From IMG/VR virus record IMGVR_UViG_3300044641_010298, positions 32,001 to 96,000 of that record: 64,000 nucleotides of DNA; one strand, 5' to 3'. The notes under the pieces are model-generated. The model did not search any database. It saw nothing but the letters and a program-made list of their open reading frames with translations, and was not told the DNA's origin. Shown here one piece after another: positions 10,158 to 20,945 of the stretch (position 1 is the stretch's first letter; the number at the start of each line of letters is the position of its first letter). The DNA comes from a virus. The position numbers and the translations under genes were made by a program.

Positions 10158-11668
10158 TCCACCCTGAATTTGGCGGCAACATCATTGATTATGATCTCTT
10201 GCCCTTTATTAACTATCTTGAAGTCAAATGTATATGTTCTACCTTTTGGCAAAGCTGACATATAAAGATCAAAATAGTGTGAAGTTGAGTCATTGGATGT
10301 TTGCGTGCCAGGAACGTGGAATGGAATAATCACATCGTCGCTTTCAAAATCTCTAACTCTATAGTAGCAGCTATCAACAATGACCCCTGTATTCTCAAGC
10401 GGAGTCTTTACCGTAATTACGTTTTTTGTGAAATTTTCGATAAATAATCTAAATCTGAATTTTTCAGTTGTCTTGTATGTCGAACGCATGTTAGTAATGT
10501 TGACGAAATATCTCTCTGGATTTTGCTGAAAATATGTTGTTTCTCTGCCGTCTATGCTTAGGGCACCTGTGGCAAATTGAACTGTTTGATCGGGCGAGAG
10601 CCACTTTACGCCAAATTCAAGTCCAGTCGCACTAGTGCCGGTGAGATATGCTCTTATATCGGAATCAAAAGAGTTTACCAAGAATGATGACTTATAAATT
10701 CCTGTAATTGGAATGTTTCCAATCTTGTATTGTGATCCTGAGAAAACTTTTGTGATACTGCCAGATTGCAACTTAACCACAACGCAATTATCTCCCACAA
10801 GCTGTGTCAAGCTTGATCCAGATACGAGATTTGATGCGACTCCTCTTGAAAAAGAGTTTAGAAATATTGATCCAGTTGTATTAAATTCAAATATCTGCGT
10901 CTTGTCAGATATAACGTCATTGTATGTGACAATTAACTTTGGTCTTTTGGCAGTATTAGTTGTGTTTCTTGATGCAAATCTCTTTACAAATCTAGACTTG
11001 GTATCAGATTCCTGGTCAGAGATAAAGGATACTCTGAATCCGGAATTTGAAATAAAACCCGCGAGAACACCTGAGACTATTTTTGTCACATTTACATTCA
11101 AGTCTTCCTGGCCTGTTGAAAAGGATTGAACTGATGAAAAGTTGACAATTCCTTTTCCGTCGTTTAGATTTCCAGATGTTATTATATCAATATCGTCGCT
11201 TCCAAGCAGCCCGCCTGCATTTGCACCCGATGCAGACCATGTCACGACTGTTCCTGAAACAGAAGCAGTAATGAAATTTGTTACATCAATGTCTTCAAAT
11301 CTTACAACATCTCTTCCTGTTCCTTCATCAAAGCTCTTTGAAAGGGGATATACGACTAGAGAAAAATTAGTCGGTGTCGTCTGTCCTCCGAAGACATCAT
11401 GCAAATACAGGCTGCATGTAAAGTCATTTGAATTTATATCAAACTCTCCTAGCGTCATTGAAGAGCTTAAATCTGAAAGATCAAAATGAAGAAGACCTCT
11501 GCTTATCTCAATTGGGCTTGTCTCACCGGAAAATGTACTTTCATCATATAGCTTAAAAATATCAATCGTTCCTGCCTGACCAGTATTGGAGTCAGTTGCC
11601 CGCAATGTATTTGATATTATCTTGTTTGTTATGTAAGCATCCTTGTCGGCCTGAATTATTCTGTACAT
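10154..11668 (-). CDS. Virion structural protein (DNRLRE-like domain)
   Basis: 'ADKDAYI...SRGLLHFDLSDL...RPKLIVTY' pattern; baseplate operon context. Confidence 0.55.
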   Translation of the reverse strand: MYRIIQADKDAYITNKIISNTLRATDSNTGQAGTIDIFKLYDESTFSGETSPIEISRGLLHFDLSDLSSSMTLGEFDINSNDFTCSLYLHDVFGGQTTPTNFSLVVYPLSKSFDEGTGRDVVRFEDIDVTNFITASVSGTVVTWSASGANAGGLLGSDDIDIITSGNLNDGKGIVNFSSVQSFSTGQEDLNVNVTKIVSGVLAGFISNSGFRVSFISDQESDTKSRFVKRFASRNTTNTAKRPKLIVTYNDVISDKTQIFEFNTTGSIFLNSFSRGVASNLVSGSSLTQLVGDNCVVVKLQSGSITKVFSGSQYKIGNIPITGIYKSSFLVNSFDSDIRAYLTGTSATGLEFGVKWLSPDQTVQFATGALSIDGRETTYFQQNPERYFVNITNMRSTYKTTEKFRFRLFIENFTKNVITVKTPLENTGVIVDSCYYRVRDFESDDVIIPFHVPGTQTSNDSTSHYFDLYMSALPKGRTYTFDFKIVNKGQEIIINDVAAKFRVE

Positions 11669-11676
11669 AGTCTCTC

Positions 11677-13527
11677 CTAGATTGCGTTTCCAATGATGTC
11701 TGTATCTGGATATTTGACTTCAAATATTCCACCAGTAGGCGGAAAGAAAACGCCCCTATTTATTGATCTAGCTGGGCTAATCGAAAAAGATGAATAACTC
11801 CTTTCGTCAACATCTCCTGTCAGGCTAGAAAAGCTGTAGCTATCTAGTCCTATAACTCCATCTTGATTGAGTATTAGATTTATTAAATCTGAGACTCTTA
11901 TTCCTCCATCGATTTGCATGTTTTTTATGTCAAGGTAGTCTTTGAGGGCATTATTTATTTTTGTTATTATTCCTGATTTATCCTCTCTATCGTCAATTAT
12001 AACTGTGTAATTAAATCCAATATTTATGATCTTGGAATCAAGGACATCAAATGAATCAGATATCACTCTGAACTCATTTATGTAAGTTGAAATATTTCTC
12101 TTTAGAGTGTCCGGAGATTGTGTGAGATATCCATCTGCATCTCTGCTAATCACAAACAAAAGTGAAGAAAGTGGATTAACTGGGTTTGGCTGTATGCCTA
12201 CCCTAAATGCCCTACCAAAATTAGTTGGCATTAAGAATATTCTTGCTATCAAGTCTTCTTTTGAAATCACTCTATTTTGAGAATTTCTTACACTAAGAGC
12301 AATACTTCTTAGATCTTCAAGCGTAGGTGCATCTTCACCACCTTGCGCAGAAGACAGATTGTTAATCAACAGAGACGACCTAACACTAGCAACTTTTGAA
12401 GGAGTAATTCCGTCTTTGAAGTGGGTCAGCAAGTTACTAACCGACCTTATGGTGTTTGATGAAACGTTGTGAGATACACCACCTCCGTGTCTATACCTTG
12501 TTCTAATAGTGGTATTCATGGGAGTAACTCCCATGCTCTTTGATCCAAGCAATGAATTTGGATCAATTGAAACACGAGAAAATACTCTCTTGTCACCGTA
12601 AAGAGGAAGAGATACTTCGCTCGGATCCGGAAGTATATCATCATCTAGTGTGTCTGCAGCTCCCGATCCAAAGACAATAGTAACATTTCCAGAATCAGCA
12701 TCTGACCTTGTAATAAATCTATAAGGGGCCGGAACAACAGCAAGCGCATCATCGACTGCATCTGTATCTGAGTTGTTATTTTCAACTGCCTTGAATACTG
12801 TGTCCTGTGACAAAGCATCAACTTCATAATACTCATTCCCGTCAGAATCTCTAACCAGCAATATTTCGCTTACATTAGAATTTGACAGAGAGATTGTCTT
12901 GAATGGTGTAGCATCAGGACCAAACGTAAATTGCTCTTCAGTTATATCGCCAGATGACATCAGCCCTGTTCTGGTGACCGAATATGTTAGCGGATTTCCT
13001 GTTGAATCTGTGCTAGATATTGTGTAGGTTGCTTTGTAATTTCCAAAAGAATCCAATTCTGAAAAATCAATATCGTCCAGAAGTGTGAAAGAAATTCCAG
13101 TATTGGATGTTGCTCTTGTTCCCGCTTTTATAGTGGGCAATTGTCCGTTATTTGGAAGATATCCCGCTGTTGAAAGCTGTGCATCAACTGTTATAGTAAA
13201 ATCAACATCACAAAATGCTGGTGACGCACCCTTTATTTTCACACCTGCGAGTCGTATGAGTCTCTCGACGTTTCTTCTCTCTACTGCAGTATCAAGGCTA
13301 AGCTCATTAAATTGATGGTCCATATAGAAAGATGTGATATCTCCAATGTAAGCGACTAGGTCAATAAGCATTCCTCCGACAGACGCTTCTGAGAAGTCTT
13401 GAATCTTGTCAGGAAAGTATATCTTTGCGTACTGCAAGAGTTCAGCTCGAAGGCTGTTAAAATCCTTTGCAAGATAGTTTCTTTGTCTTTTTTGCTTCAG
13501 ATTTTTCTTTACGTCTGTCAGTGACAT
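11677..13527 (-). CDS. Baseplate wedge subunit (T4 gp6/baseplate J-like)
   Basis: 'KDFNSLRAELLQYA...DFSEASVGGMLIDLVAYIGD...LDTAVERRNV' and 'GGEDAPTLEDLR...QNRVISKED' motifs. Confidence 0.85.
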   Translation of the reverse strand: MSLTDVKKNLKQKRQRNYLAKDFNSLRAELLQYAKIYFPDKIQDFSEASVGGMLIDLVAYIGDITSFYMDHQFNELSLDTAVERRNVERLIRLAGVKIKGASPAFCDVDFTITVDAQLSTAGYLPNNGQLPTIKAGTRATSNTGISFTLLDDIDFSELDSFGNYKATYTISSTDSTGNPLTYSVTRTGLMSSGDITEEQFTFGPDATPFKTISLSNSNVSEILLVRDSDGNEYYEVDALSQDTVFKAVENNNSDTDAVDDALAVVPAPYRFITRSDADSGNVTIVFGSGAADTLDDDILPDPSEVSLPLYGDKRVFSRVSIDPNSLLGSKSMGVTPMNTTIRTRYRHGGGVSHNVSSNTIRSVSNLLTHFKDGITPSKVASVRSSLLINNLSSAQGGEDAPTLEDLRSIALSVRNSQNRVISKEDLIARIFLMPTNFGRAFRVGIQPNPVNPLSSLLFVISRDADGYLTQSPDTLKRNISTYINEFRVISDSFDVLDSKIINIGFNYTVIIDDREDKSGIITKINNALKDYLDIKNMQIDGGIRVSDLINLILNQDGVIGLDSYSFSSLTGDVDERSYSSFSISPARSINRGVFFPPTGGIFEVKYPDTDIIGNAI

Positions 13528-13530
13528 TTT

Positions 13531-14001
13531 TTATCCGATGTTTGTGACAATAATTTCTACTGTTTTCTGGCTGGTGGATGCTCTAGGTATAGAGAATCTA
13601 ACCCGTATTCTTATCTTTGAAACACCATTTTGATCAGTTTGCAAGGCTTGTGTCTCAAAATCATCAAGGCTGATGTACGGCATGTATCTTTCTGTCGTTT
13701 GCTTGACTAGAGACATTGCTCTTTCATCGTAATCAGGTAACGCCAGCCTTTCTGTCAAGAGAGATCTTAGATTTGCACCAAAATCAAATAGAGGCACCCT
13801 CTCTCCGTGATTTGTTAGAAGCATATTTCTAAAATTATCAACCATCTGGTCGATGGCCGCGCTAGACATTTCAAAGGGACCTCCAAGCTTTCCAGAAAGA
13901 ACAATCGGCGTCAATATTCCTACGGGTCGAATCTGCGCAGGCTGTACACTCCTGGGGTTATTTGATAAGTCTCCAACACTCTTAAAGCTTATTGCTGCCA
14001 T
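13531..14001 (-). CDS. Baseplate wedge subunit gp25/GPW-like
   Basis: 'NFRNMLLTNHGERVPLFDFGANLRSLL' gp25 signature next to the gp6-like gene. Confidence 0.85.
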   Translation of the reverse strand: MAAISFKSVGDLSNNPRSVQPAQIRPVGILTPIVLSGKLGGPFEMSSAAIDQMVDNFRNMLLTNHGERVPLFDFGANLRSLLTERLALPDYDERAMSLVKQTTERYMPYISLDDFETQALQTDQNGVSKIRIRVRFSIPRASTSQKTVEIIVTNIG

Positions 14002-14040
14002 GTTGATAACTATTTGAGTATGATGCAGTCATCGATTGTT

Positions 14041-15174
14041 TTAAGAAACTTCAAGAATCTTTGAAACAGACGTTGCAATCAGTCCTGACCCTAGCACAAA
14101 TCCTACCAATGTAACAATGAAAGATTTGACAAAGAAAATAACAACACTGATTGTTGACGCAATCTCAAGTACAGCATTAGGATTAATATCAATAGTTGCA
14201 CTAATTCTCTCCCAGATGAGGCCAAGAAGAGCTTGAAGCATGTCTTTTACTGCTTGAACTATATCCGTAAAAATTTTCTTAATGGCGTCAACTAGCTGCA
14301 AAATAGATTCAGTTGCTTCGCTTATTGCTCCAGTTATTACTCCGGTTACAGTCTCGATAATTTCTGATGGTATTTTTAAGAATACTGTCATAAGCTTTAT
14401 GAACTTTGTAGCAATTCCATCTTGTCCATCTCTTTCAACTGTTGCAAAAAGAGGAGTAATGCTCAGAGAAGGATCCAGGAAAGAAATGTCAAGAACAGGA
14501 AGGCTAAAGTCTGGAACTAGAGATAGAGCAGCATTTTTTATATTTTCTGCAATTTCAACAATTTTCTGTGTGATTGTGTCTTTTGCTTCTTCTATTTTTG
14601 AAATTACTTCTTCGACTGCCTCTCCGGCGCGGTCTAGTGCCTCTTCAATTGCAGACTTTATTATCTCAAAAAATTCTTCAGCTTTTTCCAGGGCTGCATC
14701 TATTCCTTCAGAAAGAGAATCAACTATCTCTTTTAATTTTGAGGCAATCTCTTCTCCCTTTGACAAAAAGACACCAATTTGAGAGACTATAATATCTGTT
14801 ATTGGCGAGCTTAGAATTGAGTTTATTGGCTCAAATATTGCAGAAAGCTCTGTTAATATTATTGCAATAGGTCTAGTTGGGTCAAAAAGAAATGGAAAAG
14901 CAGCACCCGTGTCTGGCACGGTGTCCAGGCCTTTTGCAATACTAGAAAGCAATCCCTCTACGTAATATGCGTTCCAAGCAGGATATTCGCTGATTACATC
15001 TTCTGTGGTTCCTGTCTCAAATTTTCCTAAACTAATTGAGCCCGGAGGAAGGCTAGTACTCCCAAGAGTAATTCCATCTCTTAAGATTCCTACAATAGAA
15101 TCTCTATATTTTGATATCACACCGCTACTTACAGAGTCACCATCTAAAATTCCAACCGTCGACAACGTTCCCAT
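14041..15174 (-). CDS. Hypothetical helical/coiled-coil virion protein
   Basis: 377 aa with amphipathic helical stretches and a hydrophobic C-terminus. Confidence 0.45.
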   Translation of the reverse strand: MGTLSTVGILDGDSVSSGVISKYRDSIVGILRDGITLGSTSLPPGSISLGKFETGTTEDVISEYPAWNAYYVEGLLSSIAKGLDTVPDTGAAFPFLFDPTRPIAIILTELSAIFEPINSILSSPITDIIVSQIGVFLSKGEEIASKLKEIVDSLSEGIDAALEKAEEFFEIIKSAIEEALDRAGEAVEEVISKIEEAKDTITQKIVEIAENIKNAALSLVPDFSLPVLDISFLDPSLSITPLFATVERDGQDGIATKFIKLMTVFLKIPSEIIETVTGVITGAISEATESILQLVDAIKKIFTDIVQAVKDMLQALLGLIWERISATIDINPNAVLEIASTISVVIFFVKSFIVTLVGFVLGSGLIATSVSKILEVS

Positions 15175-16277
15175 TAGGTAACCTTGACCAAAACCTTGGT
15201 GGAAAAAATTCCAGTTGCAGGAAGAGCGGGGGCGCCAAGTATTCCTCCTGCTGTTGAGACAAGAGATGGTGCTGCAACTTTTCCTGCAGTGACAACTGAA
15301 TCAACAGAAGCAAGAATTGCTCCTGTTGCATCTTCGCCGCCCAGCTTTATGATTCCCAGAGAGGAAGGCGTGATAATAATGTCTCCATTGCTCTTTAATA
15401 TTATGCTAGATGGATCAGAACTAGGTCCGACAAGTATTTTCATGTCCTTTCTTGCCTGTATTCTTACTGAGTCCGTTACGAGTGAGATAGTTGGAGATTC
15501 TCCTGCATCATCGCCTGGCAGAGAGTAATAAGAATCAGCATTAAAACCACTTGATACAACAATTCGAGATGAATCATCACTCTTTAAAGTTCCAAGACCA
15601 GAAGTCTGCAAGGGCTTGACAGATTCAACATACTTGTCTGCGTTTGTTATCTTTTGGCTTTCAGGAAGCTTTATTGTGTCTGATAGTCCTGCAACTATGT
15701 CTACTGTTCCAGTTCCTGGACTTCCATTGTTTGTCAAAACTATTGCAGTCCCATTTGATCCCTGCAAAGTTAGATCAACTGATTTGCTCTTTACAGAGAT
15801 AATTGGTTCGCCAATAAATTCTGATCTTGCATTTGAATTCTTTCTAACATCTGCTAAATTTACTGTAGATGAATTTGGATCATAAAAAGTGCTAGAAGTT
15901 GTCTGCGCAGCATTTTGTGACTTTAGTGAAAGGCTATTGTAGAGATCTGCACGCAAATCGTGAGTAAAATTTAAATCATCTGCAGATTCATTTTGAACTT
16001 TTCTTGATAGCCAGTATGGAACAAGATCTGCCTGCTGACTAAAAACCCAGACTCTCTCTCCTGACTTAATCGGTAGTCTTATATGAGAGAAAAATGGATA
16101 ATGGATGATTTTTTGAAGGCTAGATTTGTCATCAACAATGGCTGCTATAATTGTTCCATTTGGACAATTTTTAAAGAACTTTTTGTTAGTGACACCTGTG
16201 AGAATCTTAGTGATTTGTTCAGAAGTTAGAGAGCTATAATCTGTAATGTAGTCTATGACAACAGCCTCTCTAAACAT
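15174..16277 (-). CDS. Baseplate hub/spike-like protein (gp5/gpV-like)
   Basis: OB-fold motif 'PFFSHIRLPIKSGERVWV' and beta-strand-rich C-terminus; located upstream of gp25. Confidence 0.55.
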   Translation of the reverse strand: MFREAVVIDYITDYSSLTSEQITKILTGVTNKKFFKNCPNGTIIAAIVDDKSSLQKIIHYPFFSHIRLPIKSGERVWVFSQQADLVPYWLSRKVQNESADDLNFTHDLRADLYNSLSLKSQNAAQTTSSTFYDPNSSTVNLADVRKNSNARSEFIGEPIISVKSKSVDLTLQGSNGTAIVLTNNGSPGTGTVDIVAGLSDTIKLPESQKITNADKYVESVKPLQTSGLGTLKSDDSSRIVVSSGFNADSYYSLPGDDAGESPTISLVTDSVRIQARKDMKILVGPSSDPSSIILKSNGDIIITPSSLGIIKLGGEDATGAILASVDSVVTAGKVAAPSLVSTAGGILGAPALPATGIFSTKVLVKVT

Positions 16278-16660
16278 TACTCACCCTCGTTGATTTGGCT
16301 GAAGATTGAGTCAGAGTCTACTGGCCTGCTCTCCTCGCTAGTGATTATCTCAGCAAGCTTTATGAGCTGATCATTTGCCCTAGACATTCTCTCAATGTAC
16401 TTGACAACAACGGGACCAAGTATGCTGTGATTTGCAGCGTTCCCCTTGAGCTGAATGAAAGTGTCAGTAAAAAGAATTGCTGCGCTCTCTCTATCAGCCA
16501 GCGCATTGTTGTAGATTTCTGACCACAGGAGTTTTTTCTTATCATCGACTCCTTCGAGAGAACTTAAAAGATCATCAAATTGAGCAACTTTCTTCTGTCG
16601 ATTATTCAGAATGTCAATCTGATCATTTATCTTTTCCATCTCTGATTTTTTACCGGCCAT
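16277..16660 (-). CDS. Hypothetical helical protein
   Basis: 127 aa ORF coupled to its neighbours. Confidence 0.55.
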   Translation of the reverse strand: MAGKKSEMEKINDQIDILNNRQKKVAQFDDLLSSLEGVDDKKKLLWSEIYNNALADRESAAILFTDTFIQLKGNAANHSILGPVVVKYIERMSRANDQLIKLAEIITSEESRPVDSDSIFSQINEGE

Positions 16661-16668
16661 CTGATCTC

Positions 16669-17394
16669 CTAGTCTACAATGTCAAATTCACATTCAACCA
16701 TCGCTTCTCTATAGTGCCGTTTAATTGATGACATTGCAGTTGATATCTGCTTTGTGGTTAGGTTTGTCATCTCTCTAATATACACAAAAATTGCACGCTT
16801 ATTGAAAAAATCAATATCATCAATGTTCTGGAATATCTTAACAATGGCGTCCATGCACATCTTTTCATGATCTTGAGTTATTCTATCAGATACCTCAAGA
16901 AACATCATCTCAAGCTGCTCGGACTGAATTGCTTTCTTTCCAGCAGATCCGTATATTTCAAATGTTGGCTCAACAATATCAATTATTTCAATCTCTGGAA
17001 CTATTGTCTTATCATCGATATTGATATGCTTCTTTGTGTGCTTTATCTTCTGTCTCATCTTCACAATGATCCAGTTTTTTGCAACAACGTTGAAGTATGA
17101 GAATGCTTTTGATCCTCTCGATGCGTCAAATTTCTTCAACTTTTCATACAGAAAACTTACGCAATCATTCTTGAATTCATCGACCGATACATGTACATTT
17201 GCGCCATGAATGAATATTAGATTCTCAACAAGCTTTCCAAAGGCAGGCAGGATTTCTTCTGTGTAGATTCTATCCCTCTCTGCCTGGTCCTCTTCACTCT
17301 GGAACTTAACGATTGCATCATGAGTTCCTGAATGGAAATAAAGCTTTAGGTCGTTCTTCTTTGGTCCGGCGCTACTACTTTTCTTTGCTCTCAC
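16669..17394 (-). CDS. Phage RNA polymerase sigma factor (T4 gp55-like late sigma)
   Basis: Region-2 motif 'DCVSFLYEKLKKFDASRGSKAFSYFNVVAKN'; adjacent to structural genes. Confidence 0.7.
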   Translation of the reverse strand: MRAKKSSSAGPKKNDLKLYFHSGTHDAIVKFQSEEDQAERDRIYTEEILPAFGKLVENLIFIHGANVHVSVDEFKNDCVSFLYEKLKKFDASRGSKAFSYFNVVAKNWIIVKMRQKIKHTKKHINIDDKTIVPEIEIIDIVEPTFEIYGSAGKKAIQSEQLEMMFLEVSDRITQDHEKMCMDAIVKIFQNIDDIDFFNKRAIFVYIREMTNLTTKQISTAMSSIKRHYREAMVECEFDIVD

Positions 17395-17677
17395 CTGGAC
17401 CTCCCATATCCGTTATTGAGTTAGCTATTTTGAGAATCAGATCTTGACACCCTTTTATTTCAGAAATTACCTGTCTTACTTCAACTGAATCAAAAAATAC
17501 AGGTTTCTCAAGTATCTTAGAAAAGATTGCAAATTTTTCATCAAGTGCATCGAGGCATTCTTCCACAGCGTCTTGCATTTTGAGGATAATTAATCCAAAT
17601 CTTACGTTGTAGTAGATGGAAACGCAAAGAAGACAAAAATTAATTGCGGCAAATAGGTAGATGACCACATCAAGCAT
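17375..17677 (-). CDS. Small protein with N-terminal TM helix and coiled coil
   Basis: Hydrophobic N-terminus 'VVIYLFAAINFCLLCVSIYY'. Confidence 0.55.
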   Translation of the reverse strand: MLDVVIYLFAAINFCLLCVSIYYNVRFGLIILKMQDAVEECLDALDEKFAIFSKILEKPVFFDSVEVRQVISEIKGCQDLILKIANSITDMGGPGESKEK

Positions 17678-18833
17678 TACTTAATATCTCTATAAATGTC
17701 CGCTCGTACATCTTGAGAATTGAATCTCTTGAGAACTTTGATCTGCACAAGGCAGAAAGCTCTCTTGCCCATTGAGTCGGAGTCTCACTTGAATCTCTAA
17801 ATTTTCTTATCTTCTTTTTGAAGATATCTTCAGAGGGATTTGCCCACTTAGATCCTGCTACGAATATTCTTCCATCAATTCTTGACTCTGGAACGTCTAT
17901 CATGTCGTGTTCAATCTTTATCCACTTTCCAGTATTCAAGAACTCTGTGTGGGCAGACCAGCCTGTTGCAATTACAGGAAGCCCAGAAGCTGCTGCCTCG
18001 AGAAGGGGTAGCCCAAAACCCTCGCCCCGTGTTAGGCTGACAAGTGCCTTAATCTTTGGATTTCGATATAGCCTAGAAATTTCCTCATTTGTCATATTTC
18101 CATGAATAAAATAGACAGGAACCTTACTAATTGATCGAATCTGAGATACCACAGATCGAATTGCCTGGGATGTCATTCCCTTGTCGATAGTTGTGCCTCT
18201 TCCGCTATTTGTCTTGAGAACAATTCCTACGCTCTTGTCATCCTTAAATGATTCACATATCCACTTAATTGTATTCACTATGTTCTTTCTATCTACAGAC
18301 GAATCAACAGAGGTCAGCTGGCTTACTATCAAGAAATTGAATTCTGTTCTTAGCGGTATATCGAGATAGGAATCTACCTTTTCAATCTCCTCAATGAACC
18401 ACTCGGGAATTACGTAGACAGGAACATTAATTTTTCCGGACTTCTCGAGGACGCTTCTTGTGAAGCTTGATGGGACAATAATTGCAGACATCTTATTGCA
18501 AGCTTCAACCCATGCAGGGTTACAAACATCCGTCTCAACAGCAGCTGTTATTCCTACGTTTATCTTTGCAAGTGTGGGAGTCCACTCATCGGGTAGCTGA
18601 ACCTGGAAAGATACATCAAATCCCGTCTGCTGGTCTGTTGATCTCTTCATTACATCGCCAACAAGCCCGCCTTCTGCCTCTTGATCAATAAACCAGGAGG
18701 TATTTCCCCACTGTACTATCTGTGTAGATACCTCGGAGGATGGTATCTTTTTTACTGCCTCAAAAACTTGTCTGCTGTGCTGCCCGTATCCTGAAATGCT
18801 CAAAAGCGGAGCACGAACTACGATGCGCATCAA
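17670..18833 (-). CDS. Glycosyltransferase, GT-B/GT4 family
   Basis: 'SGYG' N-terminal motif and 'RGEGFGLPLLEAAASGLPVI' EX7E motif. Confidence 0.85.
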   Translation of the reverse strand: MMRIVVRAPLLSISGYGQHSRQVFEAVKKIPSSEVSTQIVQWGNTSWFIDQEAEGGLVGDVMKRSTDQQTGFDVSFQVQLPDEWTPTLAKINVGITAAVETDVCNPAWVEACNKMSAIIVPSSFTRSVLEKSGKINVPVYVIPEWFIEEIEKVDSYLDIPLRTEFNFLIVSQLTSVDSSVDRKNIVNTIKWICESFKDDKSVGIVLKTNSGRGTTIDKGMTSQAIRSVVSQIRSISKVPVYFIHGNMTNEEISRLYRNPKIKALVSLTRGEGFGLPLLEAAASGLPVIATGWSAHTEFLNTGKWIKIEHDMIDVPESRIDGRIFVAGSKWANPSEDIFKKKIRKFRDSSETPTQWARELSALCRSKFSRDSILKMYERTFIEILSNA

Positions 18834-20071
18834 AACTCCTGAACGCTATAGGTCTTTCTATTTTTCTTCCAGTTCTCGACGAGATTTGACGCAGTATTGT
18901 GCCAGTCATCTACAGTCTTCTGGAAGCTAAACTCTGATCTTGCATAATTGAAGACTTTTCTTGATAGATTCTGTCGTTCAACATCAGAAAGCTCATACAT
19001 TTTCATGATTCCAAGTGCAACATTTTCATTTTTAACGTAGTCTTCGTAAATGTAGGGAACGCTCTGCGAACCAACCAGAGTCTTCAGATCGATGTCAAGA
19101 CCGACGCCATTGTGAGATCCGTCTCTATGATCAATAGCTTGTCTAGTCATGCCACCTGTCTTTGCAGCAATTATGGGAGTTCCTGCATTCATGGATTCTA
19201 GAGTTGCAAGACCGAATCCCTCAGCAAAGCTTATGTTAATGCAAACGTCTGAGATGTTGTAGAGAATATTCATCTTGCTGAACTCTAGTCTCTCTTTTGA
19301 GAAGACTATATTATCCTGCACTCCTAGCTGCTCAGATACTGCGTAGAGATTTGGTCCCTCTTGGTCAAGCGGGTCTGTATGCATAATGAGAGTAGCTTTT
19401 CTGTGACCGTGCTTCTTTTGTAGATCATCAAGGAAAATCTTCCATGACTCAATGACGTCGCTTGGTCGCTTCCTTCTTGCGTTTCTATTCACCCATATCG
19501 CCACAAAATGATCTGCGCGATTGCTACCAAGAAGCTGATGTCTGTACATTCTCTTCTCATGCTGCGAGATAGGATAGAATAGGTCAGGCGGCAGCGCATG
19601 AGGAATGAAGTTTGTCTTATCCGGGAATCGATCTTTTATCATGTCATATGTTGCATAAGAATGACAATTTATTAGATCTGTCGCTTCATATAGCGAAGAA
19701 TTGAAGGAAGGATAGGGAAGATTATCCCAGACATGCCACCATGCAATAGGGCATACCTGGTGAACTTCATCCTCCATTTCAAAGAGCCAAATAAAGAATC
19801 TTGGATCTGTGAATATGAGAAGCAAATCGGGCTTCTCAGTGGCGAGTGTAACCCTGATTAGGTCTCTATTTCCAAATCCGTCGATTGGCTTGATGATGAA
19901 GTCTTCATTAACAACGACTGTCCTGTAATCTGTGTGCTTGACAGCAGCACCAAATTGCCTAAATGTCCAGCCGCCCTTATCAAGCATGCCGTTCACGAGA
20001 TGTCTTGTCTGGGTTCCTACACCCGAAGTGGATAGAGCGTGATCCGATAGAATTAGAACTTTCTTTTTCAT
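18830..20071 (-). CDS. Glycosyltransferase, GT4 family
   Basis: 'NRNARRK' and 'AEGFGLATLESMNAGTPII' motifs. Confidence 0.85.
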   Translation of the reverse strand: MKKKVLILSDHALSTSGVGTQTRHLVNGMLDKGGWTFRQFGAAVKHTDYRTVVVNEDFIIKPIDGFGNRDLIRVTLATEKPDLLLIFTDPRFFIWLFEMEDEVHQVCPIAWWHVWDNLPYPSFNSSLYEATDLINCHSYATYDMIKDRFPDKTNFIPHALPPDLFYPISQHEKRMYRHQLLGSNRADHFVAIWVNRNARRKRPSDVIESWKIFLDDLQKKHGHRKATLIMHTDPLDQEGPNLYAVSEQLGVQDNIVFSKERLEFSKMNILYNISDVCINISFAEGFGLATLESMNAGTPIIAAKTGGMTRQAIDHRDGSHNGVGLDIDLKTLVGSQSVPYIYEDYVKNENVALGIMKMYELSDVERQNLSRKVFNYARSEFSFQKTVDDWHNTASNLVENWKKNRKTYSVQEF

Positions 20072-20093
20072 GATTCTCTAAGAACAATAGGCA

Positions 20094-20906
20094 TTATCTA
20101 GCACTCGTAAATGCTGGAAATTCAGCAGATCCTGGACAATGATCGGTTCCTTTGAACTCGCAATATGTGCATGACATTCTATTCTTTAGATACTTCCCAG
20201 AAGAAACTCCATTAATCATTGACTTTACTAGCTTATTTGAATCATCAAGCATCTTAGGCCCAACAGATATTTCAACTAGTTCGCAAGACTTTCCCTTCTT
20301 TGATCCACGCTTTAGGAGAACAAATCCGCACTTTATCTCTTTGGGATCAACTTCAAACTTTTGGCTTGTATAGAACTTGTAGAGGGCAAGCTGTGCCTGA
20401 ACAAGAAAATCTCTTTTCTTGTCTGACGACCATCCTCGAGCGCTGGTAGTCTTCCAGTCTATAATCCAGAGCTTATCCTGCCCCCTTTTGTTCTTTGCCT
20501 TTATCATTCCATCGACAAATCCCTTAAATTTAACATTAGAATCTTGAACAGATTCATATAGTGCATGCTCTGATGCAATAAATTCCCAATCTGGGAATGT
20601 CTCTGACATAAAATCAGGAATATCTTCGATGATCTGCTTGGCTTCCTTTACCCAGGTATCAGGATTATTGAAACTTTTTTCTTTCCATCCATTCCGTATG
20701 CTTGATTCCAGCCGATCTAGATTAAACTCTCGGGATTTGAGATAGTCTTCACACTCAGCGTGGACGTGTGTTCCAAAATCGATATTAGGGCTTGGAACAA
20801 ACTTATCAATCTTGTCAATATAGACTAGCTTGTGACGCCAGGAGCATTCCTTCCAAGCCTTTACCTCAGAATAAGAAACATGCGGTTTTCCAGTTGGAAA
20901 AATCAT
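20094..20906 (-). CDS. PD-(D/E)xK nuclease, Cas4/AddB-like
   Basis: 'FGTHVH', 'FKGFVDG', 'IIDWKT' and 'QLALY' motifs; N-terminal Cys plus C-terminal CxxC..C Fe-S pattern. Confidence 0.8.
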   Translation of the reverse strand: MIFPTGKPHVSYSEVKAWKECSWRHKLVYIDKIDKFVPSPNIDFGTHVHAECEDYLKSREFNLDRLESSIRNGWKEKSFNNPDTWVKEAKQIIEDIPDFMSETFPDWEFIASEHALYESVQDSNVKFKGFVDGMIKAKNKRGQDKLWIIDWKTTSARGWSSDKKRDFLVQAQLALYKFYTSQKFEVDPKEIKCGFVLLKRGSKKGKSCELVEISVGPKMLDDSNKLVKSMINGVSSGKYLKNRMSCTYCEFKGTDHCPGSAEFPAFTSAR

Positions 20907-20945
20907 TTAGTCCTCATGTTATCTTACTTCGCTTAGGAGTCGTAT

